A stretch of 64,000 nt of DNA, from positions 3,827 through 67,826 of the forward strand of contig LCLX01000002.1 in the NCBI GenBank assembly GCA_001002285.1. The letters are read 5' to 3'. Position numbers and translations under genes: made by a program. The stretch comes from Microgenomates group bacterium GW2011_GWC1_46_15 (GTDB taxonomy: Bacteria; Patescibacteriota; Microgenomatia; UBA1400; UBA12028). The first letter of the stretch is position 1. Every line of letters begins with the position of its first letter. The notes beneath the pieces were generated by a model. The model searched no databases. It saw only the letters and a list, made by a program, of their open reading frames with translations, and was not told the origin of the DNA. Positions 18,667-28,435 of this stretch are shown here, piece by piece.

Positions 18667-19344
18667 ATGACAAAGTTTATACAGTGGACCGGGCTTGCTC
18701 TTTTGGGTATAGGGGCTGTGGCATCGTTGACGTATGTCGTCATGAGCTACCGTATTGTTCCTGTAGAAAAAAATAACTCTTTTCCGGCAGATCAATCCTC
18801 CACTCCAACCGCCCAGCAAACTGCGGCTTCTTCTGATGACCACCACGGCGCATCTGCCGCTGTTGATTCAGCAGTATTTAATGGACTTGTTGGAAAAACC
18901 GCCCCGGACTTTACGCTGGAAAAGTATGACGGCACAACGGTAACATTGAGTAGTCTGCGCGGAAAAAATATCATTCTCTTTTTTAACGAAGGTCTCATGT
19001 GTTACCCGGCGTGCTGGAATCAGATCGCGGCGTTCGGGAACGCGAAAGAGTTTGATCCCGCAACGACCGTGATTTTCAATATTACGACCGATCCTAAACG
19101 CGACTGGACGAACGCGGTCAAAAAAATGCCGGAGCTTGCAGCCGCAACTGTGCTTTTTGACACAAACCGCGTTATATCATCTGCATACGGGGTGTTGACG
19201 TTGCCGTCGTCTATGCACCGCGGGCAATTCCCCGGACATAGTTATGTGATTGTTGATAAAAACGGCGTTGTGCAGTTTGTGCGCGACGACGTGCAAATGG
19301 CGGTACGAAATAAAGAGCTCGCGGAAGAAGTAAAAAAGATTTAG
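18667..19344 (+). CDS. Membrane-anchored redoxin (AhpC/TSA, BCP-like fold)
   Basis: GKTAPDFTL, LSSLRGK, MCYPAC, IVDKNGVV. Confidence 0.85.
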   Translation: MTKFIQWTGLALLGIGAVASLTYVVMSYRIVPVEKNNSFPADQSSTPTAQQTAASSDDHHGASAAVDSAVFNGLVGKTAPDFTLEKYDGTTVTLSSLRGKNIILFFNEGLMCYPACWNQIAAFGNAKEFDPATTVIFNITTDPKRDWTNAVKKMPELAAATVLFDTNRVISSAYGVLTLPSSMHRGQFPGHSYVIVDKNGVVQFVRDDVQMAVRNKELAEEVKKI

Positions 19345-19362
19345 TCTATCCACACAAAAGAA

Positions 19363-20757
19363 TTACGACAAAGAATGAAAACTCACTGTTACGCGCGTTC
19401 CTTTTCCTCTTTTTGACCAAAGAGCAACAGTACCACTCATATGCTCAACAATGGCTTTCGTCATTGCTAACCCCAGACCGGAACCCTTGGTTATTACTCC
19501 CGTTCCACGATAAAACCGGTTAAACACGCGCGGAAGATCGCGTTTGGCAATTCCAACTCCTGTATCTTCAATACGCATGTCTACCCTGTGATTGTTCTGC
19601 GCACGGAACGTGCTGAGTGTGATCGTGCCGCCGATTTTCGAGTGCGTTACTGCATTGTGCACAACATTGCCGAGCGCGCGGCGCATCATGTGCGGGTCGG
19701 CGAGGAGTACAATATTTTTTTGAATGTTCTTCTGAATGTTTAATCTTTTTTCAGCCCCCAGGGTTTCTGCCAACTCCGCAAGCTCCTCCATAATGTTTGA
19801 CGTATTTACGCGCTGAAGTTTCATATCGCCTTGCGTTTCAATCCGTGAAATCAACAGTAAATCATTAATCGTGCGGACCATCGCATCAATGGTTTCGATC
19901 AATGGCTGCCGGCGGGTGGACGTTTCAGGCAGTTCCCGTTCGATATGCGACCGGAGTACCGCGAGCGGCGTCTTCAGGGTATGCGCGGCATCAGAAAAAA
20001 ATTCGTGCTCTTTTGTAAACACGCGCTGAAGCCGTCCAAGCATCGTATTCATGGACATAACAATGGTTTCCAACTCCTTTGTAAGATGTGTTTCATCAAC
20101 GCGTAAAGAAAGGCCGCGGGAACTCGTAATGTGCTGAACGGTCTGTGCGATCTGTTCCAGTGGATTGAGTGCGCGTTTGACCAACTGCGACCCAATCACA
20201 GCCAAAATAACAAGCGTTGCAAACATCACACCAAGAATCAGCACCACGATACTCCGAAACGTTTTTTCGATCACTGCCGTTGAGTATCCAACGCCAAGAA
20301 CGCCTTCGCCGGGGCTTTCGCGCACGGTCACCGAAGCAAACGTCATGTCACCCACACGAAAATGCACGGGCTTGGTATTTCCCCGTTCTCCCGCGATCAT
20401 CAGCTTTTGCATCTGGTGCTCCGTCACGATGGAAATGTCCGGGCTGTTCGTTTGGAGGACCGGAGAGCCGTCTGGAGAAAGGAGAACAACAGTCATGCCC
20501 TGAGTACTCACCAAGTTTTTGAGCAGGCGATCGCGCTCCTCACCCCTATAGGTTTCAACAATTTGCTTTGCTTCGTTGATCACCACGTGAATGTGATGGT
20601 CAATCTGATTGTGCAGAGTAACAAAAAACACTACGCTGAACAAAAAAGCGAGCAGGGCAAACGCGCAGAGTGTAGAAACAATGTAAAAAGATGTGAGCCG
20701 TCCACGAAGCGTGTGCATAAACGAAAACGAGCGCAACCATTGCAAAAAATGTATCAT
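19363..20757 (-). CDS. HAMP-domain sensor histidine kinase (CusS-like)
   Basis: Two TM, HAMP, AAHTLKTPL, NVVHNA, DTGVG, GSGLGL. Confidence 0.93.
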   Translation of the reverse strand: MIHFLQWLRSFSFMHTLRGRLTSFYIVSTLCAFALLAFLFSVVFFVTLHNQIDHHIHVVINEAKQIVETYRGEERDRLLKNLVSTQGMTVVLLSPDGSPVLQTNSPDISIVTEHQMQKLMIAGERGNTKPVHFRVGDMTFASVTVRESPGEGVLGVGYSTAVIEKTFRSIVVLILGVMFATLVILAVIGSQLVKRALNPLEQIAQTVQHITSSRGLSLRVDETHLTKELETIVMSMNTMLGRLQRVFTKEHEFFSDAAHTLKTPLAVLRSHIERELPETSTRRQPLIETIDAMVRTINDLLLISRIETQGDMKLQRVNTSNIMEELAELAETLGAEKRLNIQKNIQKNIVLLADPHMMRRALGNVVHNAVTHSKIGGTITLSTFRAQNNHRVDMRIEDTGVGIAKRDLPRVFNRFYRGTGVITKGSGLGLAMTKAIVEHMSGTVALWSKRGKGTRVTVSFHSLS

Positions 20758-21428
20758 CGTGTGTCCGAAAAACTATATCCGCCGCCGCGGATGGTATGAA
20801 TCATGCGTTTTTTCCCCTGTACATCAATTTTCCTTCGGAGATTGCGGATGTACACGTCAACAACATTTGAAAACGTTTCAAAATCGCTTCCCCACACGTG
20901 TTCCATAATCATCGCGCGAGAAACTACTTCGTCACTGTGCCGTGCCAAAAACTCCAATACAGCAAACTCTTTGGCCGAAAACGTGATCGGAACATGTTTC
21001 CGCACTACCCGGTGTGTCTGCGGATTGATGGTGATATCTCCAACGCGCAGAATCGGAAGCGGCTCTTTGCTGTTTCGCCGGATGAGCGCGCGTACGCGGG
21101 CAACGAGTTCGCGGGAGTCCACCGGTTTGGATACGTAGTCGTCCGCCCCCGTGTCTAAACCCCGGACGCGGTCTTCGATTCCGTCGCGTACCGTCATCAT
21201 TACAATAGGTGTTTTGTTTTTCCTCTTCCTGAGTTGCGCGCATACATCAAATCCGTTCCCGTCTGGAAGCATGATATCAAGAACGATGCAGTCATACCCA
21301 TATTCCGTTGCCTGAAAAAGGCCGTCTACCGCTGTATGCGCTGTGTCAACGGCAAATCCCACGTGCTCAAGCGCGGTGTGGAGGTTGCGCGCGAGCGTTT
21401 GGTCGTCTTCAACCAGAAGTACTTTCAT
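20754..21428 (-). CDS. OmpR-family response regulator (CusR/CopR-like)
   Basis: VEDD, LDIMLP, GADDYVSKP, SNVVDVYIRNLRRK. Confidence 0.95.
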   Translation of the reverse strand: MKVLLVEDDQTLARNLHTALEHVGFAVDTAHTAVDGLFQATEYGYDCIVLDIMLPDGNGFDVCAQLRKRKNKTPIVMMTVRDGIEDRVRGLDTGADDYVSKPVDSRELVARVRALIRRNSKEPLPILRVGDITINPQTHRVVRKHVPITFSAKEFAVLEFLARHSDEVVSRAMIMEHVWGSDFETFSNVVDVYIRNLRRKIDVQGKKRMIHTIRGGGYSFSDTR

Positions 21429-21478
21429 GCCCGCATTATATACCGCCCCGCATATTACTCATGCACTACATCGAGTTC

Positions 21479-21511
21479 TTCATCTTCCCTTCATGTTCGT
21501 AAAAGTATGGT
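21479..21511 (+). promoter_or_regulatory. Putative response-regulator box 3 plus -10
   Basis: TTCAT-cttccc-TTCAT, 11 nt, TATGGT, upstream of the copA operon. Confidence 0.65.
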
Positions 21512-21575
21512 AAACACGCACCGTATGTCCTATGATGAAAGTAGTAGCATAGTTTTGGGGAAGAAGGTGAAAAAT

Positions 21576-21845
21576 ATGAAAAAACACCATCTTATGGCAG
21601 CAAACGCGCTCGCGTTGACTGCACTTGTTGTATGGGTCACCTGTTCCATCTTTGTGACGATGTTTCCGGGCACAGCAGAAATGGTAACATTGGCGATGCT
21701 TCACGGCAGAAACTTTGCCGGAACTCGCATGATGCAGGTAACCCCAGGAGGATTTGGTCTTGGTGGAGTTGTTCTCGTCGCATACGCCTGGTTTATTGGA
21801 TATGTACACAGCGCGATTACGGAGAAACTCCAAAAGCGCAGATAG
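21576..21845 (+). CDS. DUF5676-like two-TM membrane protein
   Basis: SD AAGGTG; TM with C...P...HG, then a second TM. Confidence 0.65.
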   Translation: MKKHHLMAANALALTALVVWVTCSIFVTMFPGTAEMVTLAMLHGRNFAGTRMMQVTPGGFGLGGVVLVAYAWFIGYVHSAITEKLQKRR

Positions 21846-21878
21846 TCTATTGAATGGTTTGACTAAGGAAGGTGAAAT

Positions 21879-22235
21879 ATGCTGACATTTTTTGTCAATG
21901 TTTTTGGCGCTGGATTGATGATCTTTACGTACTGGTTTTTCTTTATGAAAAAGGAGGAAAAAGCTGTGGAAGCAGAATCGCGTCTTACAATTACCGTTGA
22001 CGGCGGATACACACCAAATGTTATCCAGTTAAAAAGGGGGCAGAAAACAACGTTGGCGTTTTTCCGCAAAGACCCCAGCTCGTGTTTGGAAGAAGTGGTG
22101 ATGTCTGAGTTTAAGATCAGACAGTTTCTTCCGCTCAATCAAACGACAGATATTGTTATTACGCCAAAAGAAACGGGAACCTTTGACATTCATTGTGGGA
22201 TGAATATGTATCATGGGAAAATCGAGGTCGTATGA
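21879..22235 (+). CDS. Membrane-anchored cupredoxin-fold copper chaperone (CupA-like)
   Basis: [24 protein letters not shown]. Confidence 0.88.
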   Translation: MLTFFVNVFGAGLMIFTYWFFFMKKEEKAVEAESRLTITVDGGYTPNVIQLKRGQKTTLAFFRKDPSSCLEEVVMSEFKIRQFLPLNQTTDIVITPKETGTFDIHCGMNMYHGKIEVV

Positions 22236-24460
22236 AAAAACTTTCGTTTCCCATTACCGGCATGCACTGCGCGAGTTGCGCGATGAACATTCAGCGCAAG
22301 CTCTTGAAAACGTCTGGTGTGGCATCTGCAAACGTTAACTACGCAAACGAACAGGCAACCGTTGAGTTTGATGAGAATATGTGCTCGGAACCTCAGCTTG
22401 GAAAAGCGGTAGAATCCTTGGGGTACAAAGCGCATATTGGCGAGCAAAAAGGGTCTGAAGATATTGTTGAAGAGGCGCGGGCGCACGATCTCACCGAACT
22501 GAAGCGTAAACTTTGGGTAAGCGGGATACTGAGTGCGCTTTTACTCACCGCGGCGATGATTCCGTTTGCTCCACCATTCCTCAAAAATCCATGGCTCATG
22601 TGGCTTCTTGCAACGCCTGTGCAGTTTTGGGCCGGCTGGCAGTATTATCAAAGCGCGTGGTCAGGACTCAAAAACCGCAGTGCGAACATGGATACGCTCA
22701 TCGCTCTGGGAACATCTGTTGCGTATCTCTACTCCGTGTTTGTTGTTTTGCAAAAATCTCTGCTGGAGGGTCTTGGGTTGCGGGCAGATGTGTACTTTGA
22801 AGTGTCGGCAACAATCATTACGCTTATCTTACTTGGGAAATTTTTTGAACTGCGCGCAAAAGGACAGACATCGGCGGCGATTAGAAAACTCATTGGCCTG
22901 CAGGCAAAAACGGCACGAGTTCTTCGCGATGGGGAGGAACTCCAACTACCAATTGACCACATTGTAAAAGGGGATCGCCTGCTTGTGAAACCTGGTGAAA
23001 AAATTCCCGTGGATGGCGTGATCGCAAAAGGAGCCACTTCAATTGATGAAAGTATGGTGACGGGTGAAAGCTTGCCTGTCGAAAAAGGGGAAGGGAGTAA
23101 AGTGATCGGTGCGACCATTAACCAGTCCGGCGCGTTTGAAATGACTGCAGAAAAAGTTGGTGCGGAAACAATGCTTGCGCAAATCATTGAACTTGTAAAA
23201 GAAGCGCAGGGGTCGCGTGCGCCGATTCAAAAACTCGTGGACATTATCTCATCGTACTTTGTGCCAATTGTCATCATGCTCGCAATCCTCACCTTTTTAC
23301 TGTGGTTTAACTTTGGGCCGGAGCCCCAGCTTGTGCGTGCGCTCATCAGCCTCATTGCCGTGCTGATTATCGCGTGCCCGTGCGCGCTTGGGCTGGCAAC
23401 GCCGACATCAATCATGGTGGGAACAGGAAAAGGCGCGGAGAACGGCATTCTCATTAAAGACGCCGAAGCACTGGAAGTCGCGGGAAAAATCCAAACGGTG
23501 GTGTTTGACAAAACCGGTACACTCACGGAAGGGAAACCCAAAGTGCAGGGGGTTGAGTATACCTCTGGCGTGAAAAACGGCGCGAAAAACATGACGCGGC
23601 TGAAGGCGCTCATTTTTTCTGCGGAAAAACAGTCGCACCACCCGTTGGCTGATGCCGTCGTGAAACATTTTGAGAACGAAGTAAAACCCATTGAGGTAAC
23701 AAAGTTTCTTGATATTTCCGGATTTGGCATTGCGGCAACACTTGGAAAAGACAAGTTATTGATTGGCACGGAAAAACTCATGCAAAGGGAACATATTACC
23801 ATTCCGCAGTTGCTTAAGCAAAAAGCCGAACAAGCAAAGGAAAACGCGCAAACCGTGTCGTACGTTGCACTCAACAACACGTGCGTTGCACTCATTAGTA
23901 TTGCAGACACCGTGAAGCCCGCGGCAAAAGATGTGATCGCCACGCTCAAAAAAGCCGGAATCCAGACCGTCATGATTACGGGCGATAACACGGCCACGGC
24001 AAACGCCATCGCCAAACAGATCGGCGTGGACATCGTACTCGCCGAGGTGCTTCCACAGGACAAAGAAGCAAAAATCCAGGAGCTTAAAAAACAAGGTAAA
24101 AAGGTGGCGATGGTGGGAGATGGCATTAACGATGCTCCGGCACTTGCCGCCGCAGACGTGGGAATTGCGATGGGCAATGGAACAGACGTGGCTATTGAGT
24201 CCGCTGGCATTGTTCTTCTGCGGAGCGACATCGGCCTCGTACCAAAAGCGCTCAAACTTTCTAAATCCACAATGCGCAACATCAAAGAAAATCTTGTGTG
24301 GGCGTTCGGGTATAATGTTATTCTGATTCCTGTCGCGATGGGCGCATTGTATCCATTCCTCGGTATCCAACTGCATCCCATTCTGGCAAGCGGAGCGATG
24401 GCGTTGTCAAGTGTGTCGGTTGTTACGAACGCGTTACGGTTAAAAAAAGTAAAGATATAA
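22232..24460 (+). CDS. copA: Cu(I)-exporting P1B-1 ATPase
   Basis: [39 protein letters not shown]. Confidence 0.96.
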   Translation: MKKLSFPITGMHCASCAMNIQRKLLKTSGVASANVNYANEQATVEFDENMCSEPQLGKAVESLGYKAHIGEQKGSEDIVEEARAHDLTELKRKLWVSGILSALLLTAAMIPFAPPFLKNPWLMWLLATPVQFWAGWQYYQSAWSGLKNRSANMDTLIALGTSVAYLYSVFVVLQKSLLEGLGLRADVYFEVSATIITLILLGKFFELRAKGQTSAAIRKLIGLQAKTARVLRDGEELQLPIDHIVKGDRLLVKPGEKIPVDGVIAKGATSIDESMVTGESLPVEKGEGSKVIGATINQSGAFEMTAEKVGAETMLAQIIELVKEAQGSRAPIQKLVDIISSYFVPIVIMLAILTFLLWFNFGPEPQLVRALISLIAVLIIACPCALGLATPTSIMVGTGKGAENGILIKDAEALEVAGKIQTVVFDKTGTLTEGKPKVQGVEYTSGVKNGAKNMTRLKALIFSAEKQSHHPLADAVVKHFENEVKPIEVTKFLDISGFGIAATLGKDKLLIGTEKLMQREHITIPQLLKQKAEQAKENAQTVSYVALNNTCVALISIADTVKPAAKDVIATLKKAGIQTVMITGDNTATANAIAKQIGVDIVLAEVLPQDKEAKIQELKKQGKKVAMVGDGINDAPALAAADVGIAMGNGTDVAIESAGIVLLRSDIGLVPKALKLSKSTMRNIKENLVWAFGYNVILIPVAMGALYPFLGIQLHPILASGAMALSSVSVVTNALRLKKVKI

Positions 24461-24472
24461 AAAGGTAGTCGT

Positions 24473-25627
24473 ATGAATCTTTGGGCGATTTTTTTGATCG
24501 GGCTCACGACGGGCGGGTTGTCGTGCTTGGCAGTGCAGGGGGGCTTACTCGCCGGCATTATTGCGAACGAAAAAGAGGAGGAGCTCTCCACACAGGAACA
24601 CGATGCCCACTCGCGTAAGGCGGCGCGGCGGGAAGCGTACTTACAGAAACTCCGCAGTACAGAAGCGCGCATGAATCCACTGGCGAGTGTTCAACGCGTG
24701 CTTGCGGGATTTGATTGGCTGCCGATTACCATGTTTTTGGTTGCCAAACTACTTTCGCATGTCGCGCTTGGCGCGCTGTTGGGTGCGCTTGGCTCTGTCA
24801 TCACGTTAAGTCTGGGCGTTCGTCTCACGTTCCAAGTGTTCACCGCGTTATTTATGTTCGCGACCGCGATGAATCTGCTCGAAGTCCACCCGATTTTCCG
24901 GTATGTGATGTTCCAGCCCCCGCGGTTTCTCCAGCGGTTTATCCGCAACACCGCGCGCGGAAAGGCGATGTTTACCCCGGCAATCCTCGGACTGTTGACT
25001 GTCTTTATTCCATGCGGTGTAACACAGGCGATGGAAGTGATTGCGATTAATACCGGCAATCCCGTGTACGGTGCGCTCATCATGGGCGCGTTCGTGCTAG
25101 GCACGTCACCACTGTTTACACTGATTGGCATTGCCACCGCAAAGTTTTCCGATTTGTGGAACCATCGCTTTTTACAGGTTGCCGCAGTCGCTCTTATATT
25201 CATGACGTTGTATAGCTTGAACGGCGTATTTGTGGTACTCAACCTCCCGTTTTCTGCACAAAATATCGTGCGGACCATTGCTGATTTCGGCAAGCCGCCG
25301 GACTGGTACGGCTCGGCGGGCGCACTGGCGGCGGGGAATAGTGTTGTCCCTACCACCAACGGCAAACAGGTGGTTACGATCAGTGTAACCAACAATGGGT
25401 ACACACCCAAAGAGTTTACGGTAAAGGCGGGCGTACCGGTTGAACTGGATCTTGAAACAAACAAAGTGTACACGTGTGCGTCGTCATTTACGTTCCGCAC
25501 GTTCAATATCTTCGTTCAGCTCAAGCCCACCGACTCCAAAATTCTTGCGTTTACGCCAACCGAGAAAGGGAGTTTCCAGTTTTCGTGCTCGATGGGGATG
25601 TACACGGGCATGATGCACGTCATTTAG
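24473..25627 (+). CDS. DsbD_2/TauE-like membrane protein fused to a cupredoxin domain
   Basis: GLSCLAVQGG, FIPCGVTQAM; C-terminal GYTP...C...CSMGMY. Confidence 0.85.
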   Translation: MNLWAIFLIGLTTGGLSCLAVQGGLLAGIIANEKEEELSTQEHDAHSRKAARREAYLQKLRSTEARMNPLASVQRVLAGFDWLPITMFLVAKLLSHVALGALLGALGSVITLSLGVRLTFQVFTALFMFATAMNLLEVHPIFRYVMFQPPRFLQRFIRNTARGKAMFTPAILGLLTVFIPCGVTQAMEVIAINTGNPVYGALIMGAFVLGTSPLFTLIGIATAKFSDLWNHRFLQVAAVALIFMTLYSLNGVFVVLNLPFSAQNIVRTIADFGKPPDWYGSAGALAAGNSVVPTTNGKQVVTISVTNNGYTPKEFTVKAGVPVELDLETNKVYTCASSFTFRTFNIFVQLKPTDSKILAFTPTEKGSFQFSCSMGMYTGMMHVI

Positions 25628-25649
25628 TCGCATGTGAGAGAGGAGAACT

Positions 25650-25886
25650 ATGTTTGGACTATTCAACAAAAAACCGCGCGGAGAAACCATCACGCTGAGT
25701 ATTGACGGCATGCACTGCGTATCGTGCAGTATGAATATTGACGGCACACTTGAGGATTTGGGCGGCGTGATCGAAAGTAAAACAAACTATGCGAGCGGGA
25801 AAACAATCATTGTGTACGATCCAAAAACATTTTCACTGGAAAAAAGCCGGAAAGCGATCGAAGCGCTTGGGTACAGCGTTTCTTGA
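25650..25886 (+). CDS. copZ: CopZ-like heavy-metal-associated chaperone
   Basis: IDGMHCVSC...IEALGY. Confidence 0.85.
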   Translation: MFGLFNKKPRGETITLSIDGMHCVSCSMNIDGTLEDLGGVIESKTNYASGKTIIVYDPKTFSLEKSRKAIEALGYSVS

Positions 25887-25929
25887 CTTTCTGGTATAAT
25901 GCGGCATATCAAGCTATATAAGGAGGCAT

Positions 25930-26268
25930 ATGCCACAGGCATCGCAAGAAAAATTTCCAAAAGCAGTGGTAGTGCTGAAAAATGATTTTGTTCCAACTGG
26001 AAAAGCTCGAAGCGCTATTGAGTGTGGGCCGCATGGGTGTGAGTGGCATAGGCAGGGCATGAGTGTTAAAGTTATTCCCACAAACATACCTTTGGAACAT
26101 CCGACATTGATTATTACGCAAGTGGAAGGTACGCCATCTATGACTTTAGAAGAATTCCAAAAGTTCGTGCAGACCAATCTTGCTTTTGTTGGTATTGATG
26201 TTGGGGCGTACACAATGGAACTTCTCGCAGGAACAACGCAGAAAACAGAAAATGCAGTAAAATCTTAA
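25930..26268 (+). CDS. Hypothetical protein
   Basis: SD AAGGAGG; upstream TTGACT...TATAAT. Confidence 0.6.
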   Translation: MPQASQEKFPKAVVVLKNDFVPTGKARSAIECGPHGCEWHRQGMSVKVIPTNIPLEHPTLIITQVEGTPSMTLEEFQKFVQTNLAFVGIDVGAYTMELLAGTTQKTENAVKS

Positions 26269-26280
26269 AAAAGAAGGCAT

Positions 26281-26550
26281 ATGCCACCAACAGACGAACA
26301 ACATGTAGATTGGTATGCAGAAGTTGAGATTCCCCCATATACACCAAAAGATCCTCTCAGTGTAACAAAAGCGGCAACTATAGCGGGGGTTCAGGTGTTT
26401 CATAATGACGGAAAAAAATGTACTTTTTATCTTCCGCTTGAAGAAAAACAAGATAGAGAAACACTTTTAGCTCGGGTACGGGATGCACTTGGATTTCTCG
26501 ATATTCCTGCGCATGTTCTTATTAAAATGACTGCGGAAACCACTGTATGA
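26281..26550 (+). CDS. Hypothetical protein
   Basis: Operon-like spacing with its neighbours. Confidence 0.55.
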   Translation: MPPTDEQHVDWYAEVEIPPYTPKDPLSVTKAATIAGVQVFHNDGKKCTFYLPLEEKQDRETLLARVRDALGFLDIPAHVLIKMTAETTV

Positions 26551-26846
26551 GCGAACAATTATCAGATCTCCAAGCAGAACTTTCTCAAAAATTTCATGAT
26601 ATTGTTGATTTCCTGCGGAAAAATGCGCCAGTATTGCTCCTCGCTTTGGTGGGATCCGTCGCCGGCGGATACATTGCCACGCGCGGCACCGATGTTGTCA
26701 ACGCGTTTTTTGGAACAACATCACAAGAAGACGCTTCGCTTCCCCCGTGCCCTGACTCCGCACTCGCGGTAGACAGCAGTGCAAACACCGCTTCCGGGCA
26801 GGCGCTTGGACTCAACGGAACGCAGATGTGCGCGTTCAACAGATAA
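26547..26846 (+). CDS. Hypothetical single-TM protein
   Basis: ATGA overlap with the upstream gene; one hydrophobic segment; two Cys. Confidence 0.55.
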   Translation: MSEQLSDLQAELSQKFHDIVDFLRKNAPVLLLALVGSVAGGYIATRGTDVVNAFFGTTSQEDASLPPCPDSALAVDSSANTASGQALGLNGTQMCAFNR

Positions 26847-26900
26847 TTTCCCCAAGAAAACCGTGATATAATTTCATCTGAAAAGCCCTGCGGGGTAAAA

Positions 26901-26972
26901 GGGCCGGTAGCTCAGTGGTAGAGCAGTTGCCTCTTAAGCAACTTGTCGAGAGTTCGATCCTCTCCCGGCTCA
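26901..26972 (+). tRNA. tRNA-Lys(CTT)
   Basis: Cloverleaf; GTTGC-ctCTTaa-GCAAC. Confidence 0.94.
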
Positions 26973-27018
26973 CAAGAAAAGAAATACTGTCGGACGGAGG
27001 ACTGATCCGACAATAAAA

Positions 27019-27309
27019 TTACCTACATTCTAAAAGTTCGAGTAGATTGTTTGTTAATCTACCGTCAGATGTTGTCTGTAAAAACTCTGTACCACGAGAG
27101 CTTTTCTTAACTTGACAATACACTTTTTTTTCAAATCGGTCAGTAACATAAGCACTACCACCTTCTTTCATGAATTTTACCATTGTTACTCGATCTGTTC
27201 TGCCTCTTTCTTTGGTCATTTCATTTTCCCAACCGTAATAACTCACAGCCTCATGTGGATTCTCATGATAACCTTCAGATTTATTGATGCATATTATTCG
27301 CACGGCCAT
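27019..27309 (-). CDS. DUF3892-family protein
   Basis: MAVRIICINK...HEAV...FLQTTSDG..TNNLLELLEC. Confidence 0.8.
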   Translation of the reverse strand: MAVRIICINKSEGYHENPHEAVSYYGWENEMTKERGRTDRVTMVKFMKEGGSAYVTDRFEKKVYCQVKKSSRGTEFLQTTSDGRLTNNLLELLECR

Positions 27310-27580
27310 ATTAATCACCCTCTTTCAAAAATTCCCGTTACAGTAATTTATCAAGAATTTTGTTGAATATCTCAAAAATCCTCCTTCTCTGAAAAATGAT
27401 CCAGAGTTCACTGATATTCTTCTCGATTTCTCTCAAAAACCTGCGCATTCTGTATGAGGCTTGCCAACTTGCCATACTTGGGAATATAATCTTCGTATGT
27501 CCTGCAAGCATTGGTTTAAACCAACGAGCCAAGATACTTGCATAATGTAAGCATACACATACACGTGTGTCAATATCCAA

Positions 27581-27916
27581 ATGATCACAAAAATTGAACT
27601 TGGTCAAAGAATAGCCGTCGCCCGCAAACGGCTCAGAATTACCCAATCACACCTTGGAAAACTATTTGGAAATATTACTCACGCAGCAATATCAGATATT
27701 GAGAGAGGAAAGACTTCTTTGAGTATTGAAAAAATTTCAATAATAGCGAATCTTCTTCATATCACGTTCGAAGAATTAACCGCAGATAACTCTGTTCTTA
27801 CCGGGTCGATTTTCCAAATGAGGAGTTTTTCGGATTCACAGGATATTCCTAACGATAATTCTGCTATTAACAAATTTGAAGAATACATAAACAAATTTGT
27901 CAAAAAAAATGATTAG
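27581..27916 (+). CDS. XRE-family HTH regulator
   Basis: ITQSHLG...AAISDIERGK. Confidence 0.88.
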   Translation: MITKIELGQRIAVARKRLRITQSHLGKLFGNITHAAISDIERGKTSLSIEKISIIANLLHITFEELTADNSVLTGSIFQMRSFSDSQDIPNDNSAINKFEEYINKFVKKND

Positions 27917-28421
27917 ATCCTATGCTATAAGAGAGAAAGCCTTGAATATATTAGCTATGTTCAAAGTTACAACATCCCCTGTGGATATTGAAAAAATTGC
28001 AAATATGCTAGGTTTTAAAGTTGTTCTTTTCGATTTTCCAGATAATATTTCTGGAGTGATAAGAATTGTAAACAACATTAAAGTCATTGGCGTTAATGTA
28101 AATCATCCAAATGTAAGACAAAGATTCACAATCGCACATGAAATAGGTCATTATCTCAGTGGTCATGAAAATTTTAGTCATAAAGAAAAAACTTTTGTAG
28201 ATAATGTAGATAAAAACAATAGATATTTTGATCCGCAATGGAGGCAAGAAGAAGAGGCCGATGAGTTTGCGGCTGAGTTGCTCATGCCAAATTTCTTGTT
28301 AAAAAAAGATATGTCGGAGAATCATCTTGATGTCTCCGCACTTGCAATTAAATATAATGTTAGTGAACAATCTATGTGGATACAATTAATAAATCATAAA
28401 CTTGTATATCAAACTAAATAA
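27909..28421 (+). CDS. ImmA/IrrE-family metallopeptidase (DUF955)
   Basis: RQRFTIAHEIGH and EEEADEFAAELLMP. Confidence 0.92.
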   Translation: MIRSYAIREKALNILAMFKVTTSPVDIEKIANMLGFKVVLFDFPDNISGVIRIVNNIKVIGVNVNHPNVRQRFTIAHEIGHYLSGHENFSHKEKTFVDNVDKNNRYFDPQWRQEEEADEFAAELLMPNFLLKKDMSENHLDVSALAIKYNVSEQSMWIQLINHKLVYQTK

Positions 28422-28435
28422 ACTATACCAATATA

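Noticed and set aside
23227-24672. 481-aa antisense ORF
   Set aside because: Shadow of copA on the opposite strand; the same applies to most nested ORFs in the track.
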